A stretch of 64,000 nt of DNA, taken from the NCBI RefSeq assembly GCF_009914755.1, contig NC_060935.1. One strand, 5' to 3'. The stretch is from the human T2T-CHM13v2.0 reference genome, Homo sapiens. Below, piece after piece: positions 55,870 to 64,000 of the stretch. Every line of letters starts with the position of its first letter. Positions within the stretch are counted from its first letter, which is position 1. Below the pieces are notes generated by a model, which worked only from the letters and a program-made list of their open reading frames with translations, searched no databases and had not been told where the DNA came from. A program made the translations under genes and the position numbers.

Positions 55870-56040
55870 TACTTTAGCTCACAAATCCTCTGAGTTCCCC
55901 AGCGGCAAAGGATATTTATTATCTGAATTTTACAAGTGAGGAATCTGTGTTTCAAAGAGGTTACACAGCTTGCAAGCAATGAAGCCAAGAATCAAATCTA
56001 GGTTTCTCTGATTCCACGTTCACTGAACTTTCCACTGTGT
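55870..56040 (-). mobile_element. MIR SINE
   Basis: 'ttttacaagtgaggaatctg...agaggtta...gccaagaatcaaatctagg'. Confidence 0.65.
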
Positions 56041-58383
56041 CTTACAGAATCAGAAATTTCAAGCACCATTTAAAATTTGGTATGGCCAAGAACAGGAGCT
56101 GTGTAAATGTGTATCTGAGAGAAAAATTTACTAGCAAAGCTGAATGACCATTGGTGTGGCACTGAGTCAGTGTACCATGAATAGATTTTTCCAGGAGCAT
56201 TTCAGGACAAGAAGGTTTACTGGTTTGTCAGTTAATGGACTCCAGAGCCATTTATCTTCTAGGAATGATGAGGAAAGTACCAGTCTGAGTAGTATGCTAA
56301 GAAACCAGAAGCAAAATAGTTATATTTAAAAGTGGGGGAAAACCCCATAAGCCACAATAATGAAAACTAATAACTTGTAACTGTTGTTTGTTAAATTTTT
56401 TTTGCCCAAAGACTTATGGGAAAATATAAAATATATATAATATGAAGCAAGACATACTAAATTCAAAAATAGCACAATTAGCTCTAAATTTACAAAAGGA
56501 GTAGACCACAAACACCACCAGCAACAAACAGACATACTGTGCTATGCCTTGGAAATCAGCTGCATAATCAAGTATTACCTGATTTAATATTTTAAAATAA
56601 ACAGACATTTTTCTCTTTTCAGGCATTGCTCTTCTAGAGATGACATATTCTTAAATAGATGGGTCCTTCAAATAACTTGTCAGAAGGTAAAACGCCTTAC
56701 ATCTGATTTTGAAACTGATTTGGTTGTTCTAAAATGTATTTAGTTATATCTTTGAGCTAGTAGAAAAGGTAGAATAGAGTATATAAGGAAAAGATAAATA
56801 AAACAAATTCTATATCAGTATGCATTGAAGGATTCTTTTAAATACAGATCAAAAGAAGAGGGGAAAGAAAAAAAGTTAAGTAGTTTATATAGACTCCCAG
56901 TTTTTAAGATGTGAAACAACATTTCTCTTTTTTAAAAAAATTTCTTTTCTTGGCTATTCACAATGAGAAAAATGAAATAATTTCTCCTGTGATAGACGAC
57001 AACACGTATTAGCCATTTCCTGGCTCAATCCTGATTGTGTATGTAAAAATCTTATCTGTCACAGAGTGAAGTTGATTGTATAATCTGTAAATAAAAGAGA
57101 CACAATCTGAATTTGAAAAAAGAAATCATATTGACTACAAAAAAGAAATCCAATTAGTCAGTAACAAATATTTTTAAGCACTAACTATGTACTATATACC
57201 CATATCTTTGAACTAATATTGAATCATCTACCCTGTAACTCTAGGTTTGCATGTAACAAAATGGAACATGAAATACTTTTTCAATAACATTTATGTATAT
57301 TCCTGTTATCAAAGATAGCATTTTCTTGAAGGATTCCTTCTTCCTGTGATAATGAATTAACTGGTACTGAACTGACCTTCCTGCCATAAACAAACTAAAA
57401 CTGGAAAGAATGTATAATGCTACTGCCTTCAGGCTCTGGTTAATGCACAGCACAGCACTGCACTCACTGAAGGCAAATAGAAGAGACACGCTCCATAATC
57501 TCCTGGTCATTGCCTGGATACATACAGTTTCCCAACCACAGTACAGAGAAATATTACCCTGCCCTTCACAACAGCCAGGGGGTCTACTGACTTGGGAGTC
57601 AAAGATCAACATGCAGGGCTCCTGAAGTATTAATACTTGGAAGTTGCAACACAGATTACCAGAAAGGAGAAACTTACACAATGAGAGGCAACAGAATACC
57701 ATGGGTGGACAAAGGGAGGAAATGCTATGGATCATTGGCCAAGGTCTAGGCTGCACATATGCAGAGTGAAATTCTGTAAGGCTTATCAGAGTGACTTCCA
57801 TAAGGTGGAGGTCTGGAGATATTTTAGGAAATGTTGAAACATTGGCCCAGTCAGAGTGGAAAGACATTAATACCCTGAACGTGCAGCTGAAACACCAGAA
57901 TGGCAAAATCTCAGGGGTAAAAACTATGTCTTAGGATAAAGCCACTCCAGGCCTGCCCTTACATACTAACCAGAACCTCAATAGGATGAATGAGAACTTC
58001 TAGTAATCAATTGCTTGCCAGAATAAAATGTAAGGCTTTTTTAAGGAAGAAAACATAGTCCAAGCATTCCCTGATGTATTATTCATAATGTCCAGCATTA
58101 AATATTTTTTTTAAAAATTCTATACATAGGATATAAATTCTATGCATGGAGCAAGAAATTAATCCATAATCAGGAAAAATATCAAAGTAAAATTTAAGAC
58201 ACTAAAATACCCTAGATATCAGAATTAGCAGGTAATGACTTTAAAGAAGCCATGACATAGATTAAATGATTTAAACAAAAATATGGTATAAGTAAATGAA
58301 CCTGATAGGTAATCTCATCTAGGAAATAGAAACTAGAAATTACTTCTTTAAAGCCAAATAGAAATACAAACTCTGAAAATTAC

Positions 58384-58745
58384 TGCTATGGTAAGAATGT
58401 TTGCATCCTCACTAAGTTGATATATTGATACATAATCCATAATGCAATGATTTTTAAGAGGTGGAGCCTTTGGGTGGTGATTAGGTCAAAAGAGCAGAGT
58501 GCACATGAATAGGATTAGTGCCCTTATAAAAGAAACCCTGAGGGGGCCTATTTGTGCTTTTCATCATGTGAGGACATGCTAGAAGACACCACCTATGAGG
58601 AATGGGTCTTAACCACACACCAAATCTGCTGGCACCTTAATTTTGAACTTCCTAGCCTCTACATTGTGAGCAATAGTTTGTGTTGTTCATAAATTTTGTT
58701 ATAAACAACAAAATTTTGTTATAGCAGCCTGAACAGATAAAGACA
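58384..58745 (+). mobile_element. MLT1A0-like MaLR solo LTR
   Basis: 'tgctatgg...gattagtgcccttataaaaga...atagcagcctgaac...agaca'; perfect TSD ATTAC. Confidence 0.9.
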
Positions 58746-58934
58746 ATTACAATGTCTAAAATTTTCAATTACTCAGTGTTTGGCATTAATAAAATATTAT
58801 GAATAGCAGTAGAAGGGACAATAAACTTTAAGATAGACTCACAGAAATTAACACTTCTGGCAAAAAAAAACAAAGAAACAGGATAGAGAAAGTGATAACC
58901 CCTTATTAACCTACAGTAAAACATTAAGAAGTTG

Positions 58935-59247
58935 TTTTTCTGCTGTTGTTGTCGTTGTTGTTGTTGAGACAAAATCTCACTCTATTGCCCAGTTTGAGTG
59001 TAGTGGCATGATCTCGGCTTGCTGCAACTTCAGCTTCCCAGGTTCAAGTGATTCTCCTGCCTCAGCCTCCCAAGTAACTGGGGCTACAGGTGCATGCCAG
59101 CACACCCAGCTAATTTTTGTACTTTTTAGTAGAGACTGGGTTTTGCGGTGATGGCCAGGCTGGTCTCAAACTCCTGACCTCAAGTGATCCACCCACCTTG
59201 GCCTCCCAAAGTTCTAGGATTACAGGTGTTAGCCACTGTGCCCAACC
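58935..59247 (-). mobile_element. Alu (AluJb/Sz-like) with (TTG)n tail
   Basis: Antisense dimer with 'gacctcaagtgatcc'. Confidence 0.93.
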
Positions 59248-59747
59248 AATAAGTTAAATATGTATGTAACTAGAGTCCCATAATAAGATGAGAAAAATAG
59301 GAAGAAAAACAATTCAAGGGAGCCATCAAATTTTTCCTACATTTGGTGAAAAATATCAATATATAGACCCTAAATATTTCTCTAAGCATGATCAAAATAA
59401 ATAAAAAGGAAACAAAACCTATTCACATTATAGTCATACTGTGTATGACATCACAGCCATACTGCTAAAAATTAAAATTAAAGAGAAAATGTTTGGAAGC
59501 CCTCAGAAAAAAATGGAACATCACATACAAAAAAGTGACAACTGACTCCTCATTAGAAACAATGGAGTTTGTAATTCAAGTAAATGATATCTTTAAAGAA
59601 CTGGAATGGTGAGGGAGGGAGGACAAAACAGAGGATTGTTCACAAAGTATTATAAGCCCAGTGAAAATATCCCACCAAAGTAACAACAAAATAAAGACAT
59701 TTTCAGATAAATAAAAGCTGAGACAATGTGCTGCCAAAAATACTATT

Positions 59748-62700
59748 GGAGGAGGTAAAAAATGGCAGTAGGAGACAGGACTAAGGTGCAGTTCCTGCTT
59801 AGACAGACAGAACAGCATCTGGAGACTCATGCTGTGAACTTTTGCTACAAGAACCACTGCAGGAACATATCAGGAAAACTGAAAGAATTCACAGACCCTT
59901 TAAAAGAAGCAGCTTTGCTGCTGCAAATGCCATGAGACAACTGCAAAACTGTGAGTTCCCAAAGTGCGAAAGAGGAAAAAGTTGGCCTCCAAACACACAT
60001 TTTTACTGGGGAACCTGAAAATCCAGATCGCAGGAGAAGGATTTAAACTTACCAAGAGCTGAAATGGATTTAGGGAGTCAAGCAAAATATAAAAGTAGAA
60101 GAAGCAGTAGGAAGAGCCCTGTAGGCACTCCGGGTCCTTAGTTCGAGCCCCAGGGAAGCCATCCTTGGCTTTATCCCACAGAGGACCTTGGGAGAAGGGA
60201 AGGCAGTCAGCAGAATTGGGGAGGGGCCACAAGGTGAAGGAAGCTCCTAGCTGATTTTGTAATAACTTTAACTGAGCACAAACGTTCCTGAGCAGAATCA
60301 GTGGGGTTGGGGATTAACGGGAAGTGCAGATAAGAACACAGAAACAGCAGCCAAAGGTGAGGACAGGTGGAGAGACAAGGCCTGAGAGCCCTGCTTGCTT
60401 TCTCAGCAGGGAGACTTGTAGCCTGGGGAAAGATCTCGGCCCTGCTCACTGGCTGCCAGAATAAAAACTCAATGTGGTTGTGGAGGCACAGAGGGAGTGA
60501 GACTGGCCTTGCTGGCTGTGTGAAAGCTGGGTGAGACCTGTCTCTTCCACTTCCCTGGCAACCTGTATGATGCAGCAGAAGCATCCATAATGCCCCTGGG
60601 AACATAACTCCATTGGCCTGAGAACCACCATCCCCTCACCCATAGTGTCTACAGCAAGCCCCGTCCAAAGATAGTCTGAAGTCAGACTCACCCAACCCTG
60701 CCCCCACCTGATGATTTGTCTCTACTCTCCCTGGTAGCCAGAGACAAAAGACATAATTTTTTGGAGCTCGATGACCCCACTCATCACCTGAGAAACCCGA
60801 GTACTCATCCTGGCCAACCTAAGGCAAGATTATATCACCCTTCTACTACTGCAGCTGGCACTCTCTTAAAATTGCCACCTCCTAACTGGAGGCCAACCAA
60901 CTCAAGCCAAAACAACAACTCATAACAAAACAACCCCAGTCCAAAGAAGGAAAAAACAATAGCTAATTACCCTACCAACAACATCCTAGCTAAACAGAGG
61001 TCCTGAGTCTGTCCATGTGACAACTCCACTGCTAGCATAACCAGCATTCGAAAAAACTAGCACACTAAACAAAACTACAATGAAGGACTCCCACAGAGCC
61101 ACCTTTACTCCCCTGCTACTGTCACTGGAGTAGGTGCTGGTATCCATGATTGGGATACCTGAAGATGGATAACATCACAGGACTCTTTGCAGACATTCCA
61201 CAGCACCAGCCTGTAGCCTGGTAGCCCCACTGGGTGGCTAGACCCAAAGGGGCAATAACAGTCACTGAAGTTTGACTCTCAGGAAGCCCTATCCATAAAG
61301 GAATGGAGAAAGCACCACATCAAGGGAGCACCTCATGGGACAAAAGAATCTGAACAGCAGCCCTCAAGTTCCAGATCTTTCCACTGAAACAATCTACTCA
61401 AATGGGAAAGAACCAGCAAAATAATTCTGGTAGGATGACAAAACAAGGTTGTATAACCGCCCCGAAAGATCAAATCAGCTCTCCAGCAATGGATCCAAAC
61501 CGCACCCCCACCACCCCCCAAAAAAACTGAATTGCCAGATTAAGAATTCAGAAGCTACTAAGAAGGCAGAAGGGAAAGGTGAAAATCAACTTGAAAATAA
61601 TTTAAAAAACAATACAGAATACGGGTGAAAAAGTCTCCAGAGGAATAGATATCATAAAGAAAAGACAATCACAACTTCTGGAAATGAAAGACACACGTAG
61701 AGAAATGCAAAATACACTAGAAAGTTTCAACAATAGAATGGAACCAGTAGAATAAAGAACTTCAGAGTTTGAAGAGAAGTCTTTCGAATTAACCCAATGT
61801 GACAAAGAAAAAGAGAAAAGGATTTTTTTAAAAATGAATAAAGCCTCCAAGAAATGTGGGAGTATGTTAAATGACCAAACCAAAGAATAACTGGTGTTCC
61901 TGAGGATGAAGAGAAAGCTAAAGGATTGGAAAACTTATTTGAGGGAATAATTGAGGAAAAATCCCCCAGTCTTGCTAGAAATCTAGACATACAAATACAG
62001 AAAACTTAACAAAACACCCCAGAAATTTATCACAAAAAGATCTTCACCTAGGCACATAGTCATCAGGTTATCTAAAGTCAAAACAAAGGAAATAATCTTA
62101 AGAGCTGTGAGGCAAAAGCATCAGGTAGCCTGTAAATAAAAACCGAGCAGATTAATGGGATATTTCTCAGCAGAAATCCTACAAGCCAGAAGAGATTGGG
62201 GTCCTATCTTTAGCCTCCTTAAACAAAATAATTATCAGCAAAAAATTCTGTATCCAGCAAAACTAAGCTTCATAAATGCAGAAGAGATAAAGCCTTTTTC
62301 AGAGAAACAAATGCTGAATTTTCCACTACCAAGCCAGCACTGCAAGAAATGCCAAAAGGAGTCCTAACTCTTGAAACAAAAGCTTTAAGTACTCCAAATT
62401 GAACCTCCTTAAAGCATAAACCTCATAGAACCTATAAAACAATAACACAATGAAATGAAAACCAAGATATTCAGGCAACAACTAGCATAAAGAATATAAT
62501 AGTACCTCACATGTCAATACTAACGTTGAATGTAAATGGCCTAAATGTTCCACATAAAAGATACAGAAGGATAGAATGGATAAAAATCCACCAACCAAGT
62601 ATCTGCTATCTTCAGGAGACTCACCTAACACACAAGACCTCACATAAAAGTAAGTAAAGGCATAAAAAATGATATTCCATGCAAATGGAAACCGAAAGTG

Positions 62701-64000
62701 AGCAGGAGTAGCTTTTCTTATATCAAACAAAACAAACTTTAAAGCAACAGCAGTTATAAAAAAGAGAAAGAGGGACATTACATCATGATAAAAGGATTAG
62801 GCCAACAGGAAAATATCATAATCCTAAATATATATATGCACCTAACACTAGAGCTCCCAAATTTATAAAACAATTACTGCTAGATCTGTGTAATGAGATA
62901 GACATCAACACAATAATAATGGGGGACGTCAATACTCCACTGACAGCACTGGACAAGTCATCAAGACAGAAAGTCAACAAAGAAACAATGGATATAAACT
63001 ATACCCTAGAATTAAACTATACTGTAGAACAAATGGACTTAACAGATATTTACAGAACATTACACCCAACAACTGCAGAATATACATTCCTTTTATCAGC
63101 ACATGGAACATTCTCCAAGATAGACCATAAGATAGGCCACAACACAAGTCTCAATAAATTTAAGAAAGTTGAAATTATATCAAGTACTCTCTCAGAACAC
63201 AGTGGAATAAAATTGGAAACTAATTCCAAAAGGAATCCTCAAAACTGTACAAATACATGGTAATTAAATAACCTGCTCCTGAATGATCTTTAGTTCAACA
63301 ATGAAATCAGGATTGAAACTAAAAAATTCTTTGAAGTAAATGATAATAGTGACGCAACCTATCAAAACCTCTGGGATACAGCAAAAGCAGTGCTAAGAGG
63401 AAAGTTCATAGCATTAAATGCCTGTATCAAAAAGTTTGAGAGAGCACAAATAGACAAGCTAAGGTTATAACTCAAGAAACTAGGGAAACAATAACAAACC
63501 AAACCTAAACCCAGCAAAAGAAAAGAAATAACAAAGATCACAGCAGAACTAAATGAAATCGAAATAAGTAATCAAAAAAATACAAAAGATAAATGAATCA
63601 AAAAGCTGGTTCTCTGAGACGATAAACAAAATCAATAAACCATTAACGAGATTAACCAAAAAAAGAGAGAAGATGTGAATAAGCTCAATTAGAAACAAAA
63701 TGGAAGATATTACAACTGATACCACAGAAATACAAAAGATCATTCAAGGATACTATAAACACCTTTATGCACACAAACTAGAAAACCTAGAGGAGATGGA
63801 TGAATTCCTGGAAATATACAACCCTCTTGGATTAAACCAGGAAGAAACAGAAACTGTGAACGGACAAATAACAAATAGTAAGATTGAAACAGTAATAAAA
63901 AGATTTCCAACAAATAAAAGTCCAGGACCACATGAATTCAGAGCTAAATTCTATCAGACATTCAAAGAATTGGTACCAATTTTACTAAAACAATTCCAAA
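59748..64000 (+). mobile_element. L1PB-type LINE with 5'UTR, disrupted ORF1 (~61402-62370) and ORF2 N-terminus (~62490 onward); continues beyond the window
   Basis: 5'UTR 'atggcagtaggagacaggacta...gtgaacttttgct.caagaac' resembles L1PBa; ORF2 endonuclease motifs LNVNGLN, LQETHL, GD.NTPL, FSKIDH, SEHSGIKLE with stops and frameshifts. Confidence 0.9.

Larger units (their letters stand above)
57335..59745 (+). mobile_element. Ancient L1 (L1ME-type) 5' end and ORF1 region, interrupted by MLT1A0 and Alu
   Basis: 5' 'cttcctg...gaccttcctgcca.aaacaaactaaaactgga'; ORF1-like 'tagagtccca', 'ctcattagaaacaatggag', 'aaaataaagacattttcagataa'. Confidence 0.65.

Noticed and set aside
57241-57906. 221-aa minus-strand ORF
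   Set aside because: Antisense to an ancient L1 5' region, non-ATG start, Cys/Leu/Ser-rich non-coding-like composition, no recognisable homology.

Overview
AT-rich primate (human-like) non-coding DNA, either intergenic or a large intron. I can support no intact protein-coding gene, RNA gene, CpG island or CRISPR array. Much of the window is transposon-derived: Alu (S and Y subfamilies, several with visible target-site duplications), L1 of several ages (a 5'-truncated L1PA, an L1PB-type 5' end running off the window, older L1MB/MC/ME), L2, L3/CR1, MIR, MaLR LTRs including one two-LTR provirus, ERVL LTRs, a decayed HERV16/ERVL-type gag-pol remnant and DNA transposons (MER82, MER103). The one gene-derived sequence is a 5'-truncated processed beta-tubulin (TUBB4B-type) pseudogene inserted inside an MLT1D LTR. 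The most notable unexplained structure is a ~130-bp self-complementary element at 29.6 kb with 22-bp arms (21/22 complementary). Several repeat-free stretches retain CpGs and are motif-dense, so they are candidate enhancers. I found no convincing new biological system. Repeat family names come from recalled consensus sequences, and boundaries of old repeats are approximate.
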